64,000 nucleotides of DNA from positions 32,578-96,577 of the forward strand of contig CAWEDQ010000003.1 of NCBI GenBank assembly GCA_963807955.1. Reading direction: 5' to 3'. Below the pieces are notes generated by a model. It saw nothing but the letters and a program-made list of their open reading frames with translations. It had not been told where the DNA came from and did no database searches. The stretch's first letter is position 1, and every line of letters starts with the position of its first letter. This stretch comes from Terriglobia bacterium (lineage in GTDB: Bacteria > Acidobacteriota > Terriglobia > Terriglobales > Acidobacteriaceae). Positions 1 through 8,836 of the stretch are shown one piece after another. A program made the translations under genes and the position numbers.

Positions 1-549
1 GGCGACGACTCCAACGCAGTGTTCTACCTGCAAAAAGGCAAAGTAAAACTGGCCGTGATTTCCAAGCGGGGCAAGGAAGCCACGATTGCGCTGCTTAGCG
101 CCGGGGACTTTCTGGGCGAAGAATGCATTGCCGCGGTCCAACTGCATCGCAAAGCCACTGCCACTGCGTTAACTCCCGCCACCATTCTTAAGATTGAACG
201 CAAAGAGATGATACGCGTGCTCCGTCAGGAGCAGGCCTTCTCGGAAGTTTTTGTGGCTTTCATGCTGGCCCGTAATGCACGTATTCAGGAAGACCTGGTG
301 GACCAACTCTTCAACTCCAGTGAAAAACGCCTTGCCCGCGCCCTGCTCCTGCTGGCGCAGTTCGGCCAGGATGGCGTCCCGGAAACGGTGATCCCAAGGA
401 TCAGCCAGGAAACTCTTGCAGAGATGATCGGCACAACCCGCTCTCGCGTAAGCTTCTTCATGAATCGCTTTCGCAAACTGGGATTCATTGAATATAACGG
501 TCATTTAAGCGTACATAGCTCCCTGCTCAACGTGATCCTTCACGATTAG
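1..549 (+). CDS. Crp/Fnr-family transcriptional regulator (N-terminus outside window)
   Basis: Frame 1 is open from base 1 (GDDSNAVFYLQKGKVKL...). A cNMP-binding-type segment is followed by a C-terminal HTH, ISQETLAEMIGTTRSRVSFFMNRFRKLGFI, which is the Crp/Fnr layout. Confidence 0.85.
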   Translation, partial: GDDSNAVFYLQKGKVKLAVISKRGKEATIALLSAGDFLGEECIAAVQLHRKATATALTPATILKIERKEMIRVLRQEQAFSEVFVAFMLARNARIQEDLVDQLFNSSEKRLARALLLLAQFGQDGVPETVIPRISQETLAEMIGTTRSRVSFFMNRFRKLGFIEYNGHLSVHSSLLNVILHD

Positions 550-697
550 AACCGCTACGCATCTTAGATTCTCCACCCTCGTTCCGGTTTCCAGAGCGGG
601 TGTCTCGTTTTGCTCAGACACTCTGCCTTAAAAAATGCTAACTATAGGCATGAGTTCCAGGAATGCCCGGCTTCTTTAACCGAGGGCTGGAGGGCTT

Positions 698-1099
698 ATG
701 TTAAGAGAATCGAAGCACGAAATTCTGATTGTGGATGATGACGCTGGCGTTCGAAATACCATGGGACTGTTGCTGCATGCGGCTGGCTATGACGTCAGCC
801 TGGCCATCAATGGCTCTGACGCGCTCTCGCAGTTGAAACGCCGCGTTCCGGCCATCGTGTTATCGGATCTGAACATGCCGGAGATGTCAGGGTTCGAATT
901 ACTCCCAGTGGTGCGCAGTCGCTTCCCACAGATTTCCCTCATTGCCATGAGCGGCGTCTATCAGACCGGCGACGCGGCGATTGGTGGCGTGATTGCGGAC
1001 GCATTCTTCGCCAAAGGCCAGGGCGGTCTACGGGTACTCTTACAGACAATCGCAAATCTAGTGGGCAACACGGAACCGCGCCCTGCTGCTGGCCACTGA
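698..1099 (+). CDS. single-domain response regulator (canonical CheY-like receiver)
   Basis: 133 aa. All canonical receiver positions are readable: ILIVDDD (acidic pair), IVLSDLNMPEMSG (acceptor Asp), LIAMSG (Ser/Thr), FFAKG (Lys). No output domain. Confidence 0.85.
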   Translation: MLRESKHEILIVDDDAGVRNTMGLLLHAAGYDVSLAINGSDALSQLKRRVPAIVLSDLNMPEMSGFELLPVVRSRFPQISLIAMSGVYQTGDAAIGGVIADAFFAKGQGGLRVLLQTIANLVGNTEPRPAAGH

Positions 1100-1558
1100 T
1101 AATCGTGCAGGCCACAGCCGGATGAGCTTAGGCTGGGCTAGGAATGCCTCTGCTTGGGATTGCAGGCATGGCTCAAATACTCTTCGGCGTCGCGGCAAAG
1201 CATCTGGCATTTGTGACAACGGATGGGTCCCTTCACCACGGTCTTCGGACGCACGGCTGCTTCGGTCATCGACTTTTGTTCAGGCATAGTGTGAGACTAC
1301 GCTATTTTTCGCGCTGAAACACGCTTAAACACAAAGATGAGCAAATTAAAGGTATGTCTTAGAACTAAGGCTTTGCGCCGAAAGGTGTCAACATAAACTC
1401 ACTATTCTGGCTCAATCAATGCTATACTTGGATCTCCAGTTAAGTGATTCACCAACGGTTAGCGAGCCGGTCCAGCCTTCAAGCGACAACCCCCTCACAA
1501 ACACCAAGTCAATCTTCTCAGCAGGAAATATCAAAAAGAACAAAGGAACATATCAACA

Positions 1559-1762
1559 ATGGAACAAGGAATTGTGAAGTGGTTTAACGACGCAAAAGGT
1601 TTTGGATTCATTACCCGCAATAGCGGCGACGGAGATGTCTTCGTGCATTTCTCCGCGATCCAATCCAGCGGATTCCGTAGCTTGCCGGAAGGCCAGGCCG
1701 TGGAGTTTACCGTCACCAAAGGCCCCAAGGGCTGGCAGGCGGAAAACGTAAAAGTTCTGTAA
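1559..1762 (+). CDS. cold-shock protein (CspA family)
   Basis: 67 aa. Cold-shock-domain motifs KGFGFI (RNP1) and VFVHFS (RNP2). Preceded by a long AT-rich non-coding leader region (about 1290-1558). Confidence 0.95.
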   Translation: MEQGIVKWFNDAKGFGFITRNSGDGDVFVHFSAIQSSGFRSLPEGQAVEFTVTKGPKGWQAENVKVL

Positions 1763-1785
1763 GACCACAGATCTCAAATAAGATT

Positions 1786-1812
1786 GCCCGGAGTGCACGC
1801 AGCGCTTCGGGC
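1786..1812 (+). terminator. possible stem-loop terminator after the csp gene
   Basis: GCCCGGA (1786-1792) pairs with TTCGGGC (1806-1812): 7 bp including one G-U, 13-nt loop. Followed by a T-rich tract (ATTTCTGCGTTT). Weak. Confidence 0.35.
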
Positions 1813-1915
1813 ATTTCTGCGTTTGGCCGTTTTGTTTCTACATTCCAGGAAGAGGAATCCTGGCGCCACGACACTCCCTGGGACCTGCCAAATCGTGTAC
1901 ACAACGACGGCGAAG

Positions 1916-2119
1916 CTACTCGAATGAGCCGGCTGCTCTGGCCTTGCCATTGCCCTTTGTGGATCTCTTGTCGTTGTCTGAAGGTGGCTCTGGCTCTGAA
2001 TGTACGTTTGTCTTTTTCGAAGGCGCGGAGTCTTCCGCTCGGCGTTTCAATATCCGGGACATGCGCTCCTGGTCTTCAGCGTTCTGCACTTTCCTGTTGA
2101 TTGGATACTCTTTACTCAC
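1916..2119 (-). CDS. hypothetical small charged protein
   Basis: 67-codon ORF with a Lys/Arg/Glu/Ser-rich product. Its start overlaps the stop of ORF 2116-2607 by 4 nt (ATGA). Positional evidence only. Confidence 0.3.
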   Translation of the reverse strand: MSKEYPINRKVQNAEDQERMSRILKRRAEDSAPSKKTNVHSEPEPPSDNDKRSTKGNGKARAAGSFE

Positions 2120-2607
2120 AGGGCCGCCTTTCCTCGCGCTGAAGAATTGCTGTCCGTATCTGCATCCTGCGCCAGTTCTAACGACAGCGCGTCGATCTCA
2201 GGTTCTTTAGCTGGCTCGATGGGCTCACTCATCCATTCCCATTGGAATGGGCGAAGATGAGTCACCGCAACAGGGATGCGACTGGTCTCCACTTCAGGCC
2301 GCACGCCGCATGACAGACAAATACCCGGGACCTTACTGATTTCGCTCTCTCTGGTAATATCATCTGCCCGCCGGCCGATCCATCCCGAGAGGACCGGGCC
2401 TTTACATTTATCGCAAGCCACAGCCGAGAGATGAAGATAGTGAGTTGCGCGTTCTGTTGCTTTGACTACTGTGCCGGCCCAGGTACGGGGCACTGACGCT
2501 CGCGCAGAAATCTTTGGAACGTTCTCAAGCACTTTCGCTGCAGACATATCGCCTTCTTCATTGCACCGGACATTCGAACCGCCGACTGTTATCTGACCTT
2601 TGCCCAA
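2116..2607 (-). CDS. hypothetical protein with two CxxC pairs (zinc-ribbon-like)
   Basis: 163-aa ORF (alternative start M21 at 2547). ACDKCKG and CLSCG pairs. Overlaps both neighbouring small ORFs, which looks operon-like. No family recognised. Confidence 0.5.
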   Translation of the reverse strand: MGKGQITVGGSNVRCNEEGDMSAAKVLENVPKISARASVPRTWAGTVVKATERATHYLHLSAVACDKCKGPVLSGWIGRRADDITRESEISKVPGICLSCGVRPEVETSRIPVAVTHLRPFQWEWMSEPIEPAKEPEIDALSLELAQDADTDSNSSARGKAAL

Positions 2608-2774
2608 AAGCGGACTGGAGCTCTCATCCGCGTGAATGACACATGTTGAAAGAGCAGAACCGAAGCCCCAATAACGACCAGTGAGATCATGACGGGAACA
2701 GCAGCCATCCTGTATTGAAGAACCAGCTGCAAAATCCAGCCAAAGATTACAAGTTTGAAAGTCGTATATAGCAT
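2589..2774 (-). CDS. hypothetical small membrane protein
   Basis: Likely start is M13 of ORF 2589-2810 (MLYTTFKLVIFGWILQLV...). Two hydrophobic helices. 19-nt overlap with the next ORF. Confidence 0.4.
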   Translation of the reverse strand: MLYTTFKLVIFGWILQLVLQYRMAAVPVMISLVVIGASVLLFQHVSFTRMRAPVRFWAKVR

Positions 2775-2917
2775 TATTGCACCTTCTTGAACTCTTCGGG
2801 CTCGAACCAAAAGAGCACCACCTGTAAGTATGTTCCTTTGCGCAAAGAAAGAGTGTGCAATATTGATCTAAGGTCTCTGAGCCTCGCTGGTCTGGGCCTT
2901 CACGGGTCTATGACGCG

Positions 2918-4069
2918 CTAGTACACCGCCCGTTGCTGCTGCCTCTGTTTCGACTTCAGTGAAAATCTCGGCTCCGCTGCTGCTTTCCCAATCACCTGAC
3001 TTACCAGGTAATCGCCGACTGCCGGTCCATGTTTAAAACCGTGCCCCGATCCTCCGCCCACCATCCACACATTTTCCGCCTGGGGATGACGATCTATCAG
3101 AAAGTCGCCATTCCATGTGTTCTCGTACTGACACACGCGCGTTTCAACAATCGGCGCATGAGCCAGCGACGGAATATGCCGGGCGACGAATGCACGCAAA
3201 CGCAGAACGGAAGCCTCCGAAACCACGCGCTGGTCAAGATCAGGATCAATCGCATCACCATGCAGATCAAAGGCAAGCTTGAATCCGCGGCCTTCAATAT
3301 CGGGCAGCGCATACGGAATATAAGGATGCTGATGATAGAGCCACACCGGCATGCGCGGCGGCCCAAAACTGTTGCTGCCTGCCGGCGGACCAAGAAAGAA
3401 GATTTCCTGGCGACTGGGAAAGATGCGGCCGGCCAACAGATCAGGAAAAAGTTTAGGCAGCCATGGTCCACAGGCAAAAATAAACGTGCCCGCCGAAATT
3501 TTGTAACCTTCCGCGGTCTTAAGTTCAGCCAGGTTCTGGTTCATCTGAACTGGACCAACCGTGGCATGCCGGTAATCCATGCCTTCTCGTTTGAGTTGTT
3601 CGACCAGCGTCTGCACAGACCTGCGAGCCATGAGCAGCCCGCTCTCCTGCTCCAGCACGCCCCATGACACGTGCTCAAAATGAAGTTCAGGATACCGGTT
3701 TCTAATTTCGTCCTGACCCAGCCGTTCGCAAGCCACACCCTGCTGCTTGAGGACCTCCAGCATCCTCAACGTGTAAACATCGGAGTCTTCGCTGAGCCAC
3801 AGCACGCCGCTCTGATGAAACATCTGTACTCCCGTCTCAGACTCAAGCTGGCGCCATGCCGGCAATGACAGTATGGCCCAGCGCGTGTACAAATCGTCCG
3901 GCCCATAGCCCATGCGGATCACACGCGTTTCCCCACCCGAACTTGCGCGACTGTTCGCCGGGCCATACGCATCGATGAGAATTACACTGGCGCCTGAGCG
4001 TCGAAGCTGACGTGCCGTCCATGCTCCAAACACGCCTGCGCCAATTACAGCAAAGTCGTAAGTTGTCAT
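2918..4069 (-). CDS. FAD-dependent oxidoreductase (sarcosine / pipecolate / N-methyltryptophan oxidase-like, DAO family)
   Basis: 383 aa. N-terminal dinucleotide-binding motif DFAVIGAGVFGAWTA, then ASSGGETRVIR, and a C-terminal GGGSGHGFKHGP segment typical of monomeric sarcosine-oxidase-like flavoenzymes. Confidence 0.85.
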   Translation of the reverse strand: MTTYDFAVIGAGVFGAWTARQLRRSGASVILIDAYGPANSRASSGGETRVIRMGYGPDDLYTRWAILSLPAWRQLESETGVQMFHQSGVLWLSEDSDVYTLRMLEVLKQQGVACERLGQDEIRNRYPELHFEHVSWGVLEQESGLLMARRSVQTLVEQLKREGMDYRHATVGPVQMNQNLAELKTAEGYKISAGTFIFACGPWLPKLFPDLLAGRIFPSRQEIFFLGPPAGSNSFGPPRMPVWLYHQHPYIPYALPDIEGRGFKLAFDLHGDAIDPDLDQRVVSEASVLRLRAFVARHIPSLAHAPIVETRVCQYENTWNGDFLIDRHPQAENVWMVGGGSGHGFKHGPAVGDYLVSQVIGKAAAEPRFSLKSKQRQQQRAVY

Positions 4070-5037
4070 GCCTTCTTCTCGCGACTAATGTCCTCGCCGC
4101 TAATGCTCTCGCCGCTGATGGCACGATGATAAATCAACTGCGCAGTTACCAGGTCTTCCAGCGCGCAGCCCAGACTCTTGAATAACGTGATTTCTTCACG
4201 CGTCCGCCTGCCTGGTTTTTCTCCGCTGGCAATCTCATGCAGATCGGCCACAATGTGCGATTTGCTGATCGTCTTGTTGCGCAGCGGAATCAGAAGGTCT
4301 CCGGCTTCGGCCAGAGCGCCGCCATATGTATCCACCACCACGCGCGCGTGGGCTACAGTGAAGTCATCAACCTCACGTGCGGCCGGCTGAAATGCTCCCA
4401 CGGCATTGATGTGTGCTCCCGGACGCAGCCATTCCCCCGCGAATACTGGAACCGTGGAGGTGGTGCAGGTGCAGATCACATCGGATTCCGCCGCGCACGT
4501 GCGCGCGTCCACCGGTTCAATCCGGATTCCCAGCCGTTCACGCATCGCTGCCACAAACAGGACAAGGTTGGCGCGTCTGGAACCGCAAACCAGATACCGC
4601 TGAAACTTTCGCACCCGGGAGACAACGTCAAAATGAGCTTCTGCCTGCCGCCCGCTGCCAAATATTCCCAGGGTATGCGCGTCAGGACGAGCCAGAAGAT
4701 CCGTAGCCACAGCCGACGTCGCAGCAGTTCGGACGTCCGTCAGGTAATTCGCCTGCATGCGCGCGAGTGGCAAGCCGCTCTCTCGATCAATCAATTCGTA
4801 ATTGGCGCTCACGCCGCTCGCTTTTGTCACCGTAACAGTCTTCACGCCGGCGGCGCCGATCGCGCTGTCAACGGCCGGCATAAGAAGAAGCACTCCGCCT
4901 TCGCCCAGACTGAGTGCTGTCCGCACGGGCATCTGCAATGTGGAAGCATAGTCTCGTGTGAACGCCGTGCGGATTGCAGCGATCACTTCATCAGGCCGGA
5001 CAAGCTCGCGGACCTGATCATCAGTGAGCATGAGCAT
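4066..5037 (-). CDS. ornithine cyclodeaminase / mu-crystallin family protein
   Basis: 323 aa. Family-like over the full length, with NAD motif GIFGSGRQAEAH. 4-nt overlap with the downstream FAD oxidase gene. Confidence 0.85.
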   Translation of the reverse strand: MLMLTDDQVRELVRPDEVIAAIRTAFTRDYASTLQMPVRTALSLGEGGVLLLMPAVDSAIGAAGVKTVTVTKASGVSANYELIDRESGLPLARMQANYLTDVRTAATSAVATDLLARPDAHTLGIFGSGRQAEAHFDVVSRVRKFQRYLVCGSRRANLVLFVAAMRERLGIRIEPVDARTCAAESDVICTCTTSTVPVFAGEWLRPGAHINAVGAFQPAAREVDDFTVAHARVVVDTYGGALAEAGDLLIPLRNKTISKSHIVADLHEIASGEKPGRRTREEITLFKSLGCALEDLVTAQLIYHRAISGESISGEDISREKKA

Positions 5038-5045
5038 GGATTGAT

Positions 5046-6821
5046 TTATTTTTTGCCTGACTTAGCCAGGACTCTCCTGATCTTCTTGGGCGACACCTTC
5101 AGCACTTTGGCCACCCGCGTGATCTTCTTCCCTTCTCTCTCCCAAACGCGGGCGATCACCACTTCAGCAAATTCCTCCGTCAGCGCCTGAAAAGTCTTCC
5201 CGTCCGTCACGCCCTGTGACCATGCCCGCAATTTAGGATCAATGCTGCCCCGCGCCATTACTTTTTGTTTCAAGAGGTTTAGCTCACGGAACACGTCTTC
5301 ATCTTCCGCCGATTTCATGAATGTGGCAGCCCGGTCAAGACACTGGCGTGCGTCTTCAAGGTCATGAATGGCGGGATGAGCGGCGGTGAGTCCCCGCCAT
5401 ATATAAGCACGCGCCAGCAAACGCTGATTCTGTGTGTGAGTGGCCGATTCCACGGCATCGCGGGCGTAGTCACGCGCCGCCTGCGCGTGCTCCCATGTGT
5501 TCGTGCTGCCCTCTATTTCCTCATCCAGTTGTGCGTGTTCAACTTTGCATTGCAGCAGGCGCGCCCGGGCCATCACAATGGAATCATTCTCTTCTTTTCC
5601 CACATCGTAAGCCCGCGCTCCTTCACCGGCAGCCTTGTCCAGCTCTCCGCTATCGAGATAGAGCAGGCCACGGTTTTCCAGAACGTTTCCTATTCCATGA
5701 TGGTGATGGTGGTGCGTGTAAATTGTTTCCGCCTGCTCAAGGTTGGCGAAGGCGCTGGCTCGCAGCTCTTCATACTGTTCCCGGCGTGTCTGCTGGCGTC
5801 CGCGTGATGCGGCGGGCTTGGCTGACTTGTTCTTGCGCTGCCGCTCCGCCTCGGAATCCATCTGTTCGACAATCTGCGCGGAAATCAGCCTCTGCACGTA
5901 AGCGATATTCGCCAGCGATCGCGCCAGATTGCGGTGCTGCGGATTGCGTTTCCTGAAATGTTCAACGGCCCTTGAGAAATACTTCAGTGCCTGGTTGTAC
6001 TGGCCCTGGCGGCGAATCATGCGTCCATGCGCGGAATAGATGTTGCCCAGCGTGATGTCATCGTCGGTGGCTGAAAGATCGGATTCAGCGCGATCAAGAA
6101 TGCGCGTGGCTTCCCTGAACTGGCCCTTTTGAAAGAACAGCCAGCTCTCCAGCACGCGCATCACGGAAGCCATCCTGGAATATCCCAGCACCTGCGCCAG
6201 CTCACGGCCCACTCCGGCACGCTTGAGCGCTTCGTCATACTCGCCCTTTTTGCGATGACAACGCGCATTCCAGAAATGGACAATCGCCACCACTTCCTTG
6301 TCTGGAATTTCCTCCTGCAGCAGCAGCACAAGATCAAAGTGGCGCAATGCGTCATCAGGATGGTCATGCAGGTGCGCCAGCAACCCTTCCGCGGTGCGGA
6401 GTTGGAGATAGTCTGCCACCGGAAGCCGGTTGCGCTGTTCGCGGGAGAAACGTTCCAGAAGTTGTTCCAGCAATTCAGCGCCTCTGTATCCTACGTCAAT
6501 CCATTGCGCCACCGTGCAAACCAGCGCCGCGGCATGCTCCTGCAATGGATCGAGAGAAGCGAGCGTGGCAGTATGGCGATCCAGCAGGGCGATACCCTGT
6601 GTGATCTGCCGGGCTACAAGGTGCTCGCGCAATGCGCCCAGCAGCTCGTCAACCGGCGACGCGGAAACCGCCGTATGCGCGGCAGCCCGCTTGCCGCCTG
6701 GTTTTCCTGCGGCTCTATTTGGAGCTCGTCTACTGTTGGAAACGGTAGCCACGGGTGAATTGTAGATGATAGATGACAGCCGGGTGAATGATGGAAGATT
6801 GACGATAGGAATAGACGTCAT
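5046..6821 (-). CDS. TPR-like repeat protein with C-terminal Fis-type HTH
   Basis: 591 aa. Helical TPR-like repeats in the central part. The C-terminus KITRVAKVLKVSPKKIRRVL resembles the Fis/NtrC-type HTH. Internal HHHHHH run. Its stop is 8 nt before the OCD-family gene start. Confidence 0.65.
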   Translation of the reverse strand: MTSIPIVNLPSFTRLSSIIYNSPVATVSNSRRAPNRAAGKPGGKRAAAHTAVSASPVDELLGALREHLVARQITQGIALLDRHTATLASLDPLQEHAAALVCTVAQWIDVGYRGAELLEQLLERFSREQRNRLPVADYLQLRTAEGLLAHLHDHPDDALRHFDLVLLLQEEIPDKEVVAIVHFWNARCHRKKGEYDEALKRAGVGRELAQVLGYSRMASVMRVLESWLFFQKGQFREATRILDRAESDLSATDDDITLGNIYSAHGRMIRRQGQYNQALKYFSRAVEHFRKRNPQHRNLARSLANIAYVQRLISAQIVEQMDSEAERQRKNKSAKPAASRGRQQTRREQYEELRASAFANLEQAETIYTHHHHHHGIGNVLENRGLLYLDSGELDKAAGEGARAYDVGKEENDSIVMARARLLQCKVEHAQLDEEIEGSTNTWEHAQAARDYARDAVESATHTQNQRLLARAYIWRGLTAAHPAIHDLEDARQCLDRAATFMKSAEDEDVFRELNLLKQKVMARGSIDPKLRAWSQGVTDGKTFQALTEEFAEVVIARVWEREGKKITRVAKVLKVSPKKIRRVLAKSGKK

Positions 6822-6950
6822 CCCGAAGGGCGTAAGCGTGGCTAGCGCTTTCTTCAGCTCGCACGCAGCCCTGAGGGACCTTGTGCTTGATTCGAATCAA
6901 AACCAAAATCTAGGCCCCTCAGGCTACCGGCTAATTCTCCTAAACCACTT

Positions 6951-7169
6951 TTACGCTTTCGCTTTCTTCCATCTTGCCCAGCGGGCTTTGGCTGCGTCAG
7001 AAATCTTCTTGCGAGCAGCGGCTGACATGTGGCGTCTGCGGCCATTCCGCGGTCCCGCCTTCGCTGCGGCTTTCCCATAGCGGCGTGCGCCGCCTTGCAA
7101 GGCTGTTATCGCTTTCTTTATTTTTTCAAGCTGCTCTTCGAGTTGGGCGACAATCTCGGCTGTATCCAT
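6951..7169 (-). CDS. hypothetical small basic protein
   Basis: 72 aa. N-terminal coiled-coil-like segment, then a Lys/Arg/Ala-rich tail (SAAARKKISDAAKARWARWKKAKA). No family recognised. Confidence 0.45.
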   Translation of the reverse strand: MDTAEIVAQLEEQLEKIKKAITALQGGARRYGKAAAKAGPRNGRRRHMSAAARKKISDAAKARWARWKKAKA

Positions 7170-7356
7170 TTCTTCTCCGTTTTCTCTTTATGTCTCTTTG
7201 GGCTCCAGTTACTCGGGATTGTACATGAGAGCACATGAAGCCACCGCATAAGGGCCTCTATGTCGCAATACGAATGTTGATCATCTCAACCGTTGGGCCA
7301 AAAAGAGGAAGGAAGACATACGGATGGGTGCAATAAAGTTAGAGTCTTGTGCTGCT

Positions 7357-7707
7357 TTATGCCAATCGGCGTTTGGGTAACGCCTTGCTGACATCTTCGA
7401 GGAACATAGGAGCCGTACTGCAAGCAGGTGTGCACCCAATTGCGTCAACGTTAATGGCCGGCACAGCGAGACATAGAACCGGTAAGTCGGGCTGGGTTGA
7501 TTTAACTTCTGCAATCAATCGCTCTTGCTCTTCGGCCGGGACTGAATGACATATCACAAGAAGATCAATGGAATGTTGTCTAATTGCCCCCTGGGCCTCA
7601 GAACAGGAATACGCCTCTTCCACTTGATAGCCATGGCGTTGCAACAACAGCGTGCGGATGTGCATTAAATTTGAATCGTAGCCAAGCGACAATATGACAA
7701 ATCTCAT
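7357..7707 (-). CDS. receiver-like single-domain protein, acceptor Asp replaced by Cys (LLVICHSVP)
   Basis: 116 aa with a REC-like alternating beta/alpha pattern (RFVILS..., GYQVEEA, IDLLVICHSVPAEE, LPVLCL). No DD pair and no acceptor Asp. Start is 1 nt after the stop of ORF 7709-7921. Confidence 0.7.
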   Translation of the reverse strand: MRFVILSLGYDSNLMHIRTLLLQRHGYQVEEAYSCSEAQGAIRQHSIDLLVICHSVPAEEQERLIAEVKSTQPDLPVLCLAVPAINVDAIGCTPACSTAPMFLEDVSKALPKRRLA

Positions 7708-7708
7708 G

Positions 7709-7921
7709 CTACAACCTCGCCTGCTTCCGCTCTGAAGTTGAATTGTTTTCAGACTTACTCCGTAACTTGCATGTAGCGCGATGCGCCATCTCCATTAGAG
7801 CAATATTGAATTCAGACCGGCTCGATGCGACGAACCGAGTGCATTCAAGGCAATAAGACTCAATTAAGGCGTGGCTGTGATGAGAAGATACGTGCCAGAA
7901 TCGAGGAGGGGCTTGCTGCAT
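7709..7921 (-). CDS. small Cys/His protein, paralogue family member 1
   Basis: 70 aa. PPRFWHV...HALIESYCLECTRFVASS...MEMAHRATC. Clear paralogue of ORFs 9912-10106 and 32517-32720. Sits immediately upstream of a receiver-like gene. Confidence 0.6.
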   Translation of the reverse strand: MQQAPPRFWHVSSHHSHALIESYCLECTRFVASSRSEFNIALMEMAHRATCKLRSKSENNSTSERKQARL

Positions 7922-8175
7922 TTTGTGACCCCGTAATGAGCACTGGCGGGGGCGAGGCGGCAGTGCGAATTATTTGAAATTCTAGCGAAAAGGAAATCGA
8001 GAAATCTGTTCGGTACCAGACGGAACGTTCAAGATAAGGGAATTCTCACAAACTCGTAGCAGTCCCGCTGAGTCTGACCTCAGACAGACCTAAATGTTAA
8101 GTTGTGATAATTTGCAAGCAGGGTATCCCACGTCTAACATCCTCTGCCCCACGAGGTTGGACGTGCTAGAACACA

Positions 8176-8598
8176 ATGCCTGGCTCAAGAAGAATTCCTA
8201 ACGTGTTGGTTATCGAGCGCTCCCGGAAGGATGAGCGGGCATTGTCGCGAGTACTCCACTCTCTTCGGGTTGAGACTATTACAAGCTTCGCTGACAGCAA
8301 ACACGCGAGAAGCTTTCTCGAAGAGGCATTACATCGGAATAGAGAGCGCCCTGATCTCATCCTCATTGGCCTTGATTCCACGGTTGAGGGTGTTTTAGAA
8401 GATTTACTTTTTTATAAGACGCATCCTAAATTGCAAGAATGCAGGATCCTGGTTTGGACGCGGATGGAACAAACCGAATCGGAATTGCACAGGCTTTTCG
8501 GCGTCCAGGTTGTATTGAAGCAGCAGGGAGAGGCAAGGCTGTTTGAGGTTTTATCCAAAGTGGCCACCCCATTCACACAAGCCGCAGGGGCACAATAA
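8176..8598 (+). CDS. receiver-like single-domain protein, degenerate (Gly at acceptor position)
   Basis: 140 aa. VLVIERS, RPDLILIGLDSTVEG, CRILVWT, VVLKQ follow the receiver beta1/beta3/beta4/beta5 pattern, but the acidic pocket is incomplete. Confidence 0.65.
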   Translation: MPGSRRIPNVLVIERSRKDERALSRVLHSLRVETITSFADSKHARSFLEEALHRNRERPDLILIGLDSTVEGVLEDLLFYKTHPKLQECRILVWTRMEQTESELHRLFGVQVVLKQQGEARLFEVLSKVATPFTQAAGAQ

Positions 8599-8611
8599 GG
8601 TCTTATTCTGC

Positions 8612-8733
8612 CAACCTCAAAGAACTCCATACGACACAGTTCAGTCACAGTCCTTCGAATCAAGCAGTAATAACGGCACTTCCTCCTTGACCCAATCGTC
8701 CGGATTCGGGCATACAGCCCATTTTGAAGCCCC
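8612..8733. repeat. ~120-nt duplicated non-coding element, copy 1
   Basis: CAACCTCAAAGAACTCCATACGACACAGTTCAGTCACAGTCCTTCGAATCAA ... ATCGTCCGGATTCGGGCATAC aligns with 10164-10280. The flanks match well by eye and the middle ~30 nt has diverged. Confidence 0.8.
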
Positions 8734-8810
8734 TGAAAAATATTGAGTTTCCAAGGGGTTATTTTTTGGTTGGATTGTGCTTGTGGTGCTCGATGGTGGG
8801 CTTTGGTGCC

Positions 8811-8836
8811 CGATTAGACACAGTTCAGACACAGCC
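8811..8836. repeat. partial third copy of the CACAGT-N5-CACAG core
   Basis: CGATTAGACACAGTTCAGACACAGCC matches the core of the 8612 and 10164 elements. Confidence 0.6.

Noticed and set aside
4237-5190. 317-aa plus-strand ORF
   Set aside because: It lies entirely antisense to the OCD-family gene, which has clear family motifs. The product is Arg/Ser/His/Cys-rich and non-protein-like, as expected of a stop-poor antisense frame in GC-rich coding DNA.
5696-5713. His6 run as a possible cloning or vector artefact
   Set aside because: It is internal to a long native ORF, uses mixed CAC/CAT codons, and is not flanked by linker, protease-site or vector-like sequence.
8412-8663. Minus-strand ORFs 8412-8663 and 9967-10215 with similar N-termini (MIRRTVTELCRMEFFEV / [17 protein letters not shown])
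   Set aside because: The similarity stops where the duplicated DNA element stops. After that both ORFs run antisense into real plus-strand genes. Substitutions are not biased to synonymous sites. I interpret the similarity as nucleotide-level.
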